64,000 nucleotides of DNA from Amphiscolops sp. MND2022 (lineage: Eukaryota), in contig OZ076410.1 of NCBI GenBank assembly GCA_964187785.1, positions 42,966,001 to 43,030,000 on the forward strand. The letters run 5' to 3'. Below, one piece after another: positions 23,410-37,500 of the stretch. The position numbers and the translations under genes are program-made. A model generated the notes under the pieces. That model saw only the letters and a list, made by a program, of their open reading frames with translations. It was not told the DNA's origin and ran no database searches. How positions within the stretch are numbered: the stretch's first letter is position 1; the number at the start of each line of letters is the position of its first letter.

Positions 23410-24432
23410 TTCTTGGAGATGTATTGTTCAGCCGAGGGAGTGCAAGAATTGAGTTGGCAGTTGGTACCAAGAATTGATGTGGAGGGTTAGAGAACCTCTG
23501 TGAAGGTCATTGTTAGATCTGTCGTCAAACGATTCCGTAGAATGGTGAGCAAAGGTTGGTTCACGCACCCAATTGCACTCCACAATCATGCAGTGTACAA
23601 TGTTAACCAAGAGTTCCTAGATGATAATAAACGATACAAAAAGAAAGTTGTGTGGAAGTTATTTGGTAAGTTCAAGGTTAATGGAAAAAGTGGTCTGATC
23701 AAAAAACTCGACTCAACTGAATGCAAGGAGGAATCCCACGCATTGAATATGCACATGGATGATCTTGTAGAAACATCAATTCCTGAGGTTTTGAAAGGAG
23801 GTGCGAGCAGCGCGATTTTAGAGCTGGGCAAGTAGTTCACCGACGCTCACATTGAGGAGGGTGGCTACGACTCCATTTCGTACACCCCGTTCGGTCAGGA
23901 AATCTTCCTAATTGCAGATCATGGGATATAATTGAAACAATTGTAACGGTAGATGACTGCGCTCGGGTGACGCTGCAATGGCCGACGCCATTAGAAGCAA
24001 AGCATGTGAAAGTGTTTATCCCGGATGCTAAGACGCTGTTTGTGCAGCCTGGGTTATCATGCCATTCCGTTCTCACTGTTAGCGCTGGTAGGGAACACTC
24101 TTTTGTGACAGGCTGGGAGGCAAGTGATCACGAGACACCAAACGGAAAGCACGTGTCTTAAGAAATTATACCACTGGTATCTGTGCACGGAAACTGAGAA
24201 ATTTGTTGCCAGAATCGTCACTGCAAAAGTTTGCAACAGACGTCAAAAAAGAACGAAAACAAAGAAAGAGGAAGCTGCCACGCAATTGGAGCAACTAAGT
24301 AAGCGGGAGTTCCTGGAAGACCAATCACCAGTGGCTAAAGCGATGTTCACGAAAAGGCAGCGGTCGCAGAGAAATTTACCTCGTGTTTGGGCCACCATTC
24401 TGCAGAAGAAACAAAAGAATCAGTCGGTGTAG
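23410..24432 (+). pseudogene. Second, divergent JmjC gene (KDM2/KDM7-like motifs), antisense between pol and env of gypsy A
   Basis: FTDAHIEEGGYDSISYTPFGQEIFLIA (HxE at 23848-23856) and KTLFVQPGLSCHSVLT (His at 24063-24065), followed by a basic tail. Contains stops and a frameshift. Confidence 0.7.
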
Positions 24433-25229
24433 TGACAATTGCCAATGACGGTCCATGTTGCTGTTGTTTTTCCTGTTGAAAATCCATGTTGAAAAAAATT
24501 GGTATCTGTGTTGTAAATGACTGTGAAATTTTGTTTGCTATTTTACAAACTTTTGGTGAAGATCAATTTTTACTTCGTGAAAATCAATTTTTATTATAGT
24601 TGGCGCTAGTTTCTAAGGAATGACGGGTGGGAGCAGACGAGTGAGGGTTTAGTATCATGCATTACTTCAACATTGTTTTTGATGTAAGGAAGTTTGAGTG
24701 ATTCAGGTTAAAACTGGGACGTGAGCAAAAACAATTCGTTTTTGTTGCGTAATGCTCTAAAGGAGGGGCAAGTCATAGAAACGTAGTGCTCGCAGTATAC
24801 AAAAGATTTGCTCGATACCAGATTTTCTGAATTGAAGTTGAATTTTTTTTACTTTCTACATTTGGTGCTGGAATCAGCTTCACAAATACTATTATATTTT
24901 TTCGCAAACAAAGTTGAATTCTCAGATGTTATTTCTTTTTGAGGCTTGTACTATGCACTGGAGGCTTTGTAGAGCCATTATCTTGGTTTGTTCCATAGCG
25001 AATTTTTCGTGATGGTAACTAAATAGTTTATTTTCATTGTTTCAAATTCAGGAAGTTTTCTGATTTTTTGCTCGAAAAACGTTTTTGGCAAAAAAGTTTA
25101 GTTTTACTGAAATTTAGCTTGTATGGATTGAGCCCTCATTCCAATCGACTGGTAGCAGAATGAATTGCATTTGCTCGAAAGCTGATTTCAAGTATCAGTT
25201 TGTAGTAAAAAATTTTCGACGATACACTT

Positions 25230-28200
25230 TATAACTTGTACAAGAAACATTTGTTGGAAAACTCGTTTCTTGACCGAAAAAGAGTTAAGTTCTCACTTTT
25301 CTTTATTTGGAATGCAAAAACTTTTACTGTATCGTAATCTGCAATGCCTTTGATGCCTTTGCTCGATAGCGTTTCAAGCGTTTGCGTTTTTTGATTTTTT
25401 ATCTTTGTTGTTTGATCGAGGAAAATATTTGGTTTTTGCTGTTTCATCTTGAGATGTACTCTTCGTTTTTGTCGCTTTTTGTGATTTGGATCTCGTTACC
25501 GGTTGAGAATTTGTGCTCTGTTGCATTGATTGTACTGCTTGTAAGGTTATTCTATTAGCTTCCAAATGGGAAGATAAAAGTGCTCCTCGAGCAAATCTAA
25601 CTTGATCACCTCAAGTTCGCGCAATTTCGTCATTATCAGAGAACCAAGACACAGTCGCATAGAAAGTTTAGGTCGCTGTATTTCTGTTTGCACATCAGGT
25701 AGCGCAAAGAAACGTTCCAAATTATAGTCTCTTGAGTTATCTCTTGGAGCGTTTGGTTCTTTTCTAATGAGCGTCACTTCGTTTTGCAGTTCACTGTCGT
25801 TCAAGTTGAGTGTTTCAACGTTTGTGTGATGTTCATCCAACAACTGTGACAATTCACTGTCGAATAGACCCGGTTAGCTCCGGAACGGACTTAAGGATGG
25901 ATCAGGTTTGCATTCGGAAGGATCAAGTCTCGGCAAATCTTCAACGGTATTTCATGGTTTTATTGACCTAATGCGGAGTGTATGAACGCATTGAGTGAAC
26001 GGCGTTTCTACCTTTCAATGGTATAATTCGATTTCGTGAGAAACTGATTGTCTCGACAGAGAGGCAGCCACGACTGCACTGTTTTGGACATAGTGCTAGA
26101 CTGATCAGTGAGCAACGGATTCAAAAGCAAGCAGTATTCGTGTTTTCAACGGCTGAGCTTCCGCTTTTCGATCATAATAGTTTCGGTAACGATGATTTGA
26201 GTTCAAAATGCAAAGTTTTTGTTTCGCAAAACTGCTGAACAAGCGTGTGTTGCAAGTCAATCACAAAGTCGCTCGATGGTAGAGTTTACATGTTCACTGA
26301 ATCTCAAATCAATGGGTTTCATTGGTTCTCGGACATGAAATATTGAACTTGGCGTGGTACCAATTGGGACATGATAAGTTGTATTGTGTATAAATGATGC
26401 AATATCCAAAAAATTGTGACAGTTAGACCATGCGCTTGTCAAGTTTTTCTTGAAAATTCGCTTGATTAAACTATGTGCTCTCTCAACTACACCAAAAGTT
26501 TAAGCGTGTTTGCTTTAATCTAATTTCCAGCATGTTTGTCAACTCGCGCATTAGCTTGGATGTGAAACCTGTACCTAAATCTGGTAGACTAGTTTTAGGT
26601 TTGTAACTGTGTTTCAGAAATATGGAAACTAGCGCTTTTTCTACATTCTCTGTGCTGATGCGAGACAGCGGCACCGCGAACAGGTATTTCGAAAGGATGT
26701 CGGTTCCTGTTAGTGCGTGTTTGTATACCGGTGAATTGAATTGACCCACGAGATCAATCTGGATCATATCTCCTGGGAAGACTTGATCAGATGCTAACGA
26801 TTCCAGAGGTGGTCTCAACCTTTTTTGCTGAATGTTTTTGGTTTGCAAACAAGTTGAGCAGTTTTTTATATAATTTAGCAGGCTTTCGGTGAAACTTGGA
26901 AATTAAAAACGTTTGCGATAATCGTATATTGTTTTATTGATACCCAGATGAGGAGTAGTTGGGGAATTGGGTAACCTTGTTCAAAATTTCGGATCGATGA
27001 TGCTTTGGAACACAAAATTGCAAATGCGAGACAACTCCAACCTCGTCGAAAAAATTTTCTGTAGATGATACCATTTTCGAGTACCAGGCGACTGCGGTGT
27101 TTTCCGTACTTCGTGATTTCATTGGTTTCTTAGGTTGCCTCGATTTCCAAATTGTCTTCTAGCCGTTTACGAACTTTGCGCAGTACAGCGTCTTTCGACT
27201 GTAATGCTTTTAGGTTTAGGATTGTAGAAAGTTCAGAGGTATCAAAATCATTAAGTTGATCAGGTTCGTGGAGTACGTTGCTTTCTCTTCTTGTTAAACT
27301 TGTGTAACCCCAGTCGCACATGTTTTCGTTTTCGCGAATATAATTCGTAAGCTCAGAGAACTGTTCGTTTATTCCAGGGATAATTTTCTGTCAGAATACT
27401 CTCATATTCCCCTCGTGCTGAGTTTTTCTCCAAGCTTGGGTTGTTGAACTGAAGCTTGTTCATTGAGATATCTGGTGTTTTGGCTGTCATCGAAACGTTT
27501 ATCTCTCGGACTGGTATTGAATCCGTTAGTCCAAGTTGTAGTGTTGCGCCTGGTTCTGTTTCCGTGCGTGAAAGAGAGTCTTCAGCTGCATTGGCACGGC
27601 CTGGAACGTGCGCCAAATTAATGTTGTATGCTAAGACTCCATCTAGCATGTTCCACAAAGAAGCATGTATTTCTTTCGTTTCGAAGAAACATGTCAAGCT
27701 TTTGTAGTCGGTGAGCACCAATACTGGCTCCTCACAGCCCGGAATGAAATGCGAGAAAGCATCGAGAGCAGCAAGAAATTCCTTGCACTAAAAGTACAAT
27801 TTCAATTGGGATTCATTAAAGGCTTTTCATCCGGAAGAAACTGGTGCGTACGTTCTTGTTTTTGCTTCTGCCGTCTTTTCACTGTAGTCCTGTATCATGA
27901 GTAAAAAACCACCGCAATGGTAGCTATAATCGCAAAGAATAACGTACTGTTGATTTGGTTTTGCTGTTGTCGTTGCTTTTAGAAGATCAGTTTTGATTTG
28001 CTCAAAAATTTCGATATGGTCGTCTTGAATTCTGAAATCGACATCCTTTTGCAACAATTTGTGAAAGGGTAACAGATTTTCGTTTAACTTTGGAATGAAA
28101 TTTCGAAAAATTTGTGTGAAACAGAGATTGTGTTAAACTGTTTGTGGTGTTTTGACTTTGCCTAAAAACTTTTCTATTCTCTTCGTTTCCGGCGTGATTC

Positions 28201-29960
28201 CCTCAGATGTGATTGTATTGTCTGAGAAAGAAATTTGCGACATTCCAAATTGACAATTTTCCGGTGAAAGTTTGAGTCCGGATTTTTGAATTCTAGCTAA
28301 AATTTTGATCAATATTTCTTTCTTTTCCTCAATGTTTTCTGCTCCACTCCCAATGTCCATGAATTGGGTGCAGAGGTTAGCCGCGAGACACTGATCCAAG
28401 TATTTTTGTACAAAGGCATTGAATCCCGTAACTGATTTACTCAAACTTTTTGCCAAAATTTTGCGTATGTCCTGGATGCGAAATTGAATGCAAGCAATTG
28501 TACCAAGAACTGATAGGCCATTTGAACGCAGTGATACGCTTGCGAACAATCCAATTTTGTGAACATTTTTTTCCGCAAAATGGTTAACAGCGTCCGTCAT
28601 ATTGAAAATAAGAAACTTGAGGTTTGCATAATCAAGTCGCAGCAAATGATTTATTTTTCTGAGGTCATGCAAAATTCGCAATTTTCCCGACGGTTTCCGC
28701 TGAGCGAAAACTGGGCTAATGTTCTTCGAATTTGTTAGTGTTGTTATAATGCCGTAGACTTGCAAATGAGCCAAATCAAATATCATTTCGTCTCGGAGGT
28801 GTATTGGCATTGGCTGATGTTTTATGTAAACTTAATTTGAGTGTTCGGGCGTCAATTTAATTTTCATTTCGGTGTTGTAACTAACGTCGAATCTGTGTTT
28901 GGCGAAATTATATTCAAACTTAATGGGGTTTTCAAGCTCATTGATTTCTTCTGATGTCAAAACCGAATTCTTCCAATCGAATTTTGATTAAAATTGGTTC
29001 CCAATCGCTTCAGTTTAATAAGGGCTTTTTGTTCAAGTTACTGAGAATGGTGAAGTTGTTTAAAAGTTTACGCGGTATTGGTGTCAATAGTTCAGGATTA
29101 TCACACGTTTCAAGTGTGGGAAACCTTGAATTATCGTATTCAGGTTTCGGTTTTTGCGTTTGACGTACTTTAATTTTGTCTTCACCTTGGAATAGTTGGT
29201 TTATTTGCTGAAATACCTCACTTTTCATATTTTGATCAAGTGTCAAAAGTTCTGCTGGTAAAGGTAACAACGATTCAGCCTCATCGAGAGTTAAAATCTT
29301 GGACGTTGAGACTGTTTGATTTTGCGAGACAGTGATTACATGAAGCCAGAAGTTGTAGTTCATTATTAGTTGCTATTGTTGTCAGGCAAGATGGCAAGCA
29401 AAGATAATGCTTCCGGTCAAACTGTACATCAGGTAAAACTATTGCCGACATTCCTTCGACTTTTTATCGTTTCGTGAAAGTTTTAAATTCAAAACATCTT
29501 GATAATTTGGCTTTATCGTGACTTTCTGAGTTGTTTCAGCAACAATTTGCATTTTGTAGTGAATATTCCGCCTGGTTCCATCTTTTCTGCTTTTGTACAG
29601 TTGTAAAGTTATATCAGATAACTTGAGTATCTTTTCACACGGAAAAATTCCTACTTGAAATTTTGCATAAAATGGACCTTCCAAAATAACTATTCATTGT
29701 GGGGAGAATCATGAAAGTTTCTTCAAATTCGTTGTCAATAATGAAAAATTTCAAAACGATTTCGCCGAGTAATGGTAATGATTTGCCGGATAATGCCATC
29801 CGAACTATTTTGTAATTCACGGTTTTGACCAATGTTTTCACAACGTTCACTTCTGTCATCAGCTCTATGCAAAGAGACTCTGGAATCGCACTAGAGCACG
29901 CACATCCATCGACGAGTGTCGCCAAAATCTTCTGAATCAAACGTGTCTTTTAGTTCATGA
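25230..29960 (-). pseudogene. pol: Gypsy A pol remnant (PR, RT, RH, IN, low-complexity tail)
   Basis: PR LVDGCACSSAI; RT SPVFAQRKPSGKLRILHDLRKIN, CTQFMDIG, GLKLSPENCQFG; RH YVILCDYS, VLTDYKSL, HVPGRANAAEDSLSR; IN zinc-finger region and PGDMIQIDLVG. Confidence 0.9.
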
Positions 29961-30349
29961 ACAATTTTATTAGATTGCGTTAAAGGTATATCTTTTTCAC
30001 TTTTTTCTTCGTAAAATGTCTGCATTCTTCAGCAGACGAAATTAGAAGTCTTCCGAAATTTTTTTTCAGTTTTTCATCGTATTGACCTTCCTCGAATTGT
30101 TGGTCGAAATGCTTAAAAACGCCCTGTAAGGCTAAGTCTTTTGCTTTCAATAGATGTCTCAGGGAATCATTTTCTAATAATTGTTTTTGGATTTTATATT
30201 CAAGTATCCTGAATATGTTTCTGAAGAACGTTTATCTGCTAAATATGATGATGAGGATGATTTTGGAAATGACCTGTTCTTGTGTAGTGGAGGATTTAAT
30301 TTTTTTGTTCTCTTGAGAAAGGGAATTTAGCACCTCGTTGAGGTTTTGG

Positions 30350-31505
30350 ACTTGCCGCAACGCAGTTTTTTGTCATTTGGTCAGGACCACCGCATCAATG
30401 ACATATAATTTTAGTGTAGTGCATGTATTGTGATCCACCTGTGGTATTTAACGTTTCCGAATTTTCAATCTCGCCGTTAATCTGAAAAAAGTTTTGCGCT
30501 TGGTAATGTCCTTGCGCCAAACCAGCATCAATATTTTTTGGGTGCGAGAAACCGTTGTCCATATCGTGGTTAGTTAGATTGGTTTTGATAGGACGAGTAC
30601 GACCGGTTTTGATGATTTCCTCTGCCTTGTTGGTAATTCGAGCGGAATTGATTGCCTCGCGAGTGATTCTGTTGATAACTTGGCGAATAATTTTGTGCTC
30701 GAGGACAACCGCGTGAATTAGTCTGAATGGCATTGAAAGACAGACTTTCATCCTCTTTTAAATGAAATTATTCATTTTGTCCTCCATTGCACTTTGAGTT
30801 TCAGTTATTTTAGCCAAAACATTAAAATAATTTTTACTTTGTACGTTACTGACCTCGCTGAAAGCGTTTGCGTTCCAATCATCTACTTCGCAAATCTGAT
30901 TCAAATAAAGAGTACGGTACGCTAAAGTGCAAAATTCGCCTACGGGTCTTTCCTCTGGTTGTTCTAGTAGCTTTCCGTTAATGAAATTTGGCATTGCTTC
31001 TTTCAAGAATATCCGTTTTTCATTTTGCTTTTGTTGGAATTGTGAAAAGCGGAGCTTTTCAGCGTTAGCAGCAGTTTCAGATGCAACTCTCTCTCTCACA
31101 ATCTGTTTGAACTCTAGCAGCCTCTACTAGAAGAGCTTCAGCGTCTGAATAAGCAGAGTGTGCTAAATTTTGTAATTTACCCAAAAATGCTTCAGGAGTT
31201 TCTGTTTCGTGATTTTATTTCACGTTTTCAAGTTGGGTAATGTACAATTCTTCGTACGTTGGGTTACAAAAATGCGTTTTCAAAGCGTTTAGACATCTAT
31301 TCATTATTCCGCGTGGGTGAGCGTCAAGAGTATGAAAACATTGCAGAACGTTGTCTTTTAGGTGAATTTCCAAGTGGTCAACTTGATTGCCAGCGTCTAC
31401 ATTTGCTACTTGAATGATGCTGCGGAGTTGTGATTCGAAATCGCGCCAAATTTCTGATTCACTGCCAAACTGTTTTAAACTGATCGTAGTGTTCGCTGCG
31501 GTCAT
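30350..31505 (-). pseudogene. gag: Gypsy A gag remnant
   Basis: SLKQFGSESEIWRDFESQLRSII..HLKDNVLQCF..ALKTHFCNP capsid-like region directly downstream of the PBS, followed by an N/R/Q-rich region. Confidence 0.75.
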
Positions 31506-31682
31506 TTCTTTAAATTCATCTACAGTTTACTCTTCAGTTGTTTTTCGCTACGATGTTGGTTCAAGCTTATACACAGATGAATCACGGATGATAGTTGAAA
31601 CGATGAACAACTAATAGAGATGAAATCAAGTGAAAAATCACCCACAAATGATGATTCTCAATTGTCGACACAATTGTCACCA

Positions 31683-32275
31683 TGTAAGACCTCTGGTTTT
31701 CGGCTTCTTTGGATTTTTCTATATTATCAATGAAGTTTCAGATATCTTTTGGAAAAAATAGAGTTCTTTCTTTTGACAATGTATTCAGCTTCCCCTTTCT
31801 ACGCGTTTACACGCGAACAACGGGTTCGGTTGATGTTGTAGAAGCTTTTGTCACTGTTGTAGAAGCAGCTTTTTGATATTTTTCTTCAGAACAGAGAAAA
31901 AAACAGTTGAATTGATGAATTTCTTCTGACTTTAAATTATGACATATACAATTTTCAACTGATGTAATATTCAACTTATCGCAAGCAAGTCTCTCTGTCG
32001 TTGTGATGGTCTTGTTTTCTTCTTGAGTCTATAATTTGGGTAACTTCCTGCTTCCTTTTTGCTTGAAGGATGGGGCGATCAATTTTAATAAAATGCCGCA
32101 CCCAATATGGTAAACACATGAATATTAATATAGTTGTATAAGTGTTCAAACATTTGATGATTGGTAATAATTTGCTGTCAAGTTCATTAATCTTTTAGGT
32201 GATAAACTTTTATTGTTGGGTAAATTCCATCAACGATGTCCTTTTTCAGGTCAATGGTAACGTGTATATGTTACG
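31683..32275 (-). repeat. 5' LTR of gypsy A, with PBS TGGTGACA at 31675-31682
   Basis: Colinear with 10410-10967. The terminal TG is mutated to CG. On minus, LTR ..TACA abuts TGGTGACA. Confidence 0.85.
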
Positions 32276-34559
32276 AGAGCTATTTCCCAATGAAATCAGC
32301 AGATCTTTGTGGCTGCGGTCTGCCCTCAAATTTCGCATGCACCTTCAATGCCGCTTGATAAAGTTCATTTGAATCAGTGAAACTTTGTGCATGGCAGTTG
32401 AGCGTTCTATAAAATCATGACAATCTAGCTTGCTATTCTAGAACAAGTCGATAACAAGCCAAAGGTCGAAAAAGCTAGTTTTTTAAATATACTTGTGAAA
32501 ATGTTATCCACTTTACATAGCTAGAAAATACCTGAAAGGACAACCCATGATGTTAAAAACCGCTTCTCCCCAATCGCAAACGTCAAAATTCGAAATTGTT
32601 TCTAAAAACCATTCGAAGTTTTTTTCGGAGGAAGTCCTTTAATGCTGAAAAAGGAACGATGAGCTAGCTAAACGTTTGTTTTTCTGGCCAGAAACACAAA
32701 AGTGAGAAGGGTACCTTTTGACTGAACAAAGTTTCGAAACAAAGTCGCACAGTGCCCAAAAAACCCTATGTCTTTTCCAAGAATAATGAAAAAACTCTCA
32801 ATACTCACACTGGACCAAAAAATGATCAAAAAGGTTACACTTAGGATTCGGAAAAGCAATTTCCTCACGCTTTGTTTCCGCTGAAAATCAAAGGGGCACT
32901 TCAAAAAAAGTCACAGACAGCAGGAACAAAGCAAAGGGAGACCATTGGGTCTACTTTTGCAACGGTGCGAGACTACAATCCACGTATTCCTGCGTCTCGT
33001 GACACAGAAAATCAGAAGTAACTTCCATGACAGGTGGCAGTTAGACGAAACAAGTTATTATGATCCTAATGAAGTTTTTAATTTTGTCAGTTCATCGATC
33101 CTAAAGAAAAATGACTACTACAGTCTATCTTTTCCACGAACGCGTCGACTAAACGCTTGTAAAAAGTTGAAACGGTTTCAACTAGAGTGATCTTTTCTGA
33201 TTTCTTTCAAACTGGTCCGTCTTTTTCAATGAATGATCAAATAGCACGAAGTCAAATATTGCAAAGATTGATGAAACTGTTTGTACGTTTGATTTCAGAC
33301 TTTTTCACACGGATTTTCAAATTTGAAATTCATGAAGCAATTCTTCAAATGACTTCAATTAATCTGTCAAAAGTTGTAAATGATCATGCGTACATCTCTT
33401 CGATATGCGATGGATATTTCTTCTCAGTCCTTATAATAACAAATCCACTTGTGTTCCTAATCATCCCGTGTCCTGTGTTTTGATTTTGATCGACCTCTAG
33501 GTTACCCTTATGAAAAATTTCTATAATTTTAATCATAATAAAAGTTTGTCGTGCGAGTTCACCAAAACAAGGATTGGAAAACTTGGAATTGATTACCGCC
33601 ATTTCGTCCAAAAACATCAAAATAGAGTTTCACTCTTTGAGTTTGAACTCATACCTTCCACGTGATACCCTTATTACTGTCTTTTCTACTGGTTCATGGT
33701 GTTCTTAGGATATGACTCAATTAGTTGTTTGACTTGATATCCTAAACATCTCTTTGAATCCCCACAAATCTAATAAAAATACAGCTCCTAGTCCCAAAGA
33801 ATTAGCCAAAGAATTGTTGGAACAAACATGACGTACAACAGCCTCAGTCTATTCCGGACGTAAGGTTGCACCTCATGCATTTGATGATAAAATGTCATTC
33901 CCGTCTCGAAAAATCTTCGTTCTCGTAGATAACAATCTGATGTTCCCATTTTAAACGAATTTTCCAGAGTTCAATCAATACCAACATTTGATTTATCAAT
34001 ATTTTGGAGCATCAAAACATTAAAAGAGCTTTTGAAGCATAAAAACATAAAATGAAACAAACTCAAAAAATAATTAAAAATAAGTTTTCATTTTATCCTG
34101 AGAGCTGAGTTTGAAGTGATCAATCAGATGATCGCGGCCTATCCGACTCGACTTCGGGGAACAATAAATTTTTTGTTGATTGTTCTCGCTATTGCTGTAC
34201 CATTATTTGCCGTTATTCAAACGCATATAACTGAAAGTTTTCCACTGCGTCCTTACAACCACCCTCTAAAAACAAAACACTTGTCACTCATCAGCGGTTG
34301 TCACAAAGGTAGATTCAATAGATAAGAACAGAAAGAACCAAATGATGTCGGACCACTGCTTTTGACTCTTCAACTTTGTTGTTTCAAGGTGAAGCTTTGC
34401 TAAAGACATTACAAGATAGGCTTTCAACATTTCAAAAACTCGACGCAAAAATTGAATTATTGAATGAACATGAAGGTGATAAAGCTAAACAATTATAACA
34501 GCAAACGGAGTTCTATGTTTCTGATAGAGTTACTACGGCTAAGTTGTCTGCTTGATTGA

Positions 34560-37500
34560 TAACAACAAAAAAGTATGCAATCAACCTCAACGTGAACTTC
34601 CAACAGACCCTGTTCCGTCGAGTTCTGCTACAGAGAGTAGATTGAAACTTCCCAAACTTCAGAACTCATCCTTCACAGGATCATTCACAGTCTGGAAAAG
34701 GTTTTCGAACTGATCAAGTCTCCATCATTTCTAGTTCACAACTCTTCAATTAGGAAAGCCTGAAATTTTTGCCTGAAACGAGACTAATATTTCAGTCTTG
34801 ATAACAGACGCATCTTGCCGTATTGCTTTGACCTTATATAAATTATTAAAAGATCAAAAAAGAGCACCATGCAAGATCATCTACAAGCAATGTGGTCACA
34901 GCTGTTTTTGAGAACTGATCCGCTCTTGTCTTGAGAAAACGTTTGGATCACGTCAAGGAGCAGTTAGGAGAACTTGCTGAACTTGGGCAACCATTGGACG
35001 ATCAGCACTGACGTTTTGTCCGGGAATTAATTGTCAAAAGAAACCAAACTCTGACCAAAGGGATTCAGAATTATGCTATTGAAAGCTCATCGTGTGAGTG
35101 TTCCAGGAAGATCTTTTACACTTATTCACAATTCAAAAGGGTGTGTCTTGTTGATCGACATCAGTTCGTTAGTGACAAAAATATCTGTTTCAACCGCTTT
35201 CGATCTGGACATTCGCTTAGCGAGGGCCTATCTAAGTTCATTTGCTGTAGAGTGCAAAATGAAACACCAAACCTTTCTTCGTTGACCTCAGAAGATGCTC
35301 TTTCATCAGCACACCACAAAAACGCCTCATACACGCATGATTTTATCTCCCAGCAAACTGGAATTCAACAAGCAATTCACTACTGAACTTTTTAATGGTG
35401 ACAATCAAATAAATAAAGTACGTGAATTACGAATCAAGCTTCTTAGTGGAAGATGTTGAAAGTCTATACTGCCGACTCAGCGCAGTGAAATGAATGCTTC
35501 AACCAATGGTTCCCCCATTTACAAAAGACAAGGTTTATGCAGTGTCACTGTCGAACTTCATTTTGATCTCGTAAAAAAAGTCAAAAACCATTCCTTATAA
35601 AGGAATCGACGTTTCGACCATGCGCCATATGAACAACAATAACTTTCCTGATCCTATATTCACTGTTTTTCATGAAATTGATCTCTTGCTATGTGCATAT
35701 GTTATAAACGATCTTTTATTTTTCCACGGTTTGTGCATTCGCGATTCCATATTCTGTTGCGTCTTGTCGGGCCCTGTAAATTCGTCTGACAGTAACACCG
35801 TTGTGCCCCACGTGAGTATAAATTCAAATTGTAAATCTGAAAAAAACGTTGGGAAACAGACAGTGTACCTGAAACTAGGCACTTAACATTAGATGAGCGT
35901 CTCTGTGAAGAGCTTTTCGATAGCACCACGAGACAGTAAGCAGACAGCCGTTTTCTGGTCAAAATGCTGTTTAAGGATGGAACACACAACCTAGGACTCT
36001 GAAACGCAAACGCAATGAAGCGCCTCTATTCTCCGGTCAAACTCTATCGAGCGTATTCTGCTTTTATTCAAAACGTTTTTGAACTTGGACACTTGGAAAA
36101 AGTTCAATTCGGAACGATTGATAATTCTCAAAACTTTCACTTGCCTTACCATTGTTAACTGGAGAAAGATAGTACAACCACCCAGTTGCTTGTTGTGTTT
36201 GACACTAGCGCTGAATTGACTACTGGTTTTCTCTTCATGACTCTTTGCTAGTCAGCGCAAAAGTTCAAGATGATTGTTTCTCGTACAATTCCGTTTCTTA
36301 ACTTCTGCTTTTCAGCTGATGTGGCAACGATGTACCGGCCAGTTGAGCTGAACGAACATGATCGAGACTTTCATCAGAATCATCACAGTTGATGCTTCCG
36401 TTGATCCTTTAGGCAAGATCCGAGTTTCATTTGGCGGAGCTACCACATCGTATCAGGAAGGTCCATTGAGGTGAAAAGAAGTGTACTAAAATATTTTTAT
36501 GGTAATGACATCTTCACGGGAGCCAATTCGATAGACGAAGCTTGAAATCTCCAAGACCTTTTGTATAAACATTTAAACGACGAAGAGATGATCTCCGCAA
36601 GTAAACTCGATTGAGGGAAGCATCATTTTGAAACTCCGGCAAGAGTACCGCGAAGCAAATGACAATATGGAAAATTCGACAAAAGATGTTCAAAAACAAA
36701 AGTTAAAGTTTGGCAACACAGTGAATAGTACTTCGTTCATAAAATTTCTCACATCAAAGAAGATAACTTGGAGGAAAAGGTCCTGACGGAAAGACAAATG
36801 CTAACTAATATTTCAAAGAAATTTGACCATCTTTGGTGGTTATCTCCGGTAACAATTTTCTTAAAAGAGTCAGTACAAAGGGCTCGGGAAGCAAGTAAAT
36901 TTGAGGACCTGTGATTGCAACGCTTCGATTGCTTGAAGGACAAAAATGAGTTGCACCCCTTCTGTCATGCATCAAAAAGTGCTCATGTTGCTTGCATTTA
37001 TATTCTTGCCACTGATTCTCAAGGCAGGCGGAGGTCACAGTTGTTTTTTACATTACTAGTATTTTGTGCTGCTTTGCTAGTAACTGATTACTTCTGTCTG
37101 ATATTAGGTCTTTTTCTAAACGCCTGTTATTATTGTGGAAACTTTTGCTTTGATTGGTTTTTCTAGTTGGTCAATTTTCGTTTCAAATCAAAGTTTTGAA
37201 CATCAGAATGAAAGCAAGATGAATTCAAGCAACGGAGAATCCCGCTGATCCTGCATCTTGAGGAACTTGCTCCATTTTCATCAACCCTGGCAAAACAACT
37301 CAGCATTTTTTTTTCGTGGAATGAGCGTGGAAGTTTTTATTGACAAACGAATCGTTTATACTTGGTGAAACTTCTGAAAAAGCCGAAAAAGTAACAACAA
37401 GAATTACTAATCTTCATACCTCTATGGTTTTCATGGATGCAAAAAAGACACCCTTGATCGGCAAAAGGTGACCCTCTATAGAAAGTATTCCGAATAAATG

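Larger units (their letters stand above)
10410..32275 (-). mobile_element. Gypsy element A: old env-bearing (errantivirus-like) LTR retrotransposon, ~13.2 kb after removing the nested BEL
   Basis: Homologous ~560-590 bp LTRs at both ends; PBS TGGTGACA next to the 5' LTR; gag-PR-RT-RH-IN then env on minus; purine-rich tract GAAGTTGGGTAT before the 3' LTR; 5-bp TSD AGAAC/AGAGC (4/5). Confidence 0.8.

Noticed and set aside
23410-24432. JmjC remnant as a host KDM gene
   Set aside because: It lies between the matched LTRs/TSD of gypsy A, is compact and decayed like the rest of the element. A host origin by later insertion is not fully excluded.
33384-33900. Helitron PIF1 helicase (FLDEMAVI resembles Walker B)
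   Set aside because: No Walker A or other PIF1 motifs in neighbouring frames.
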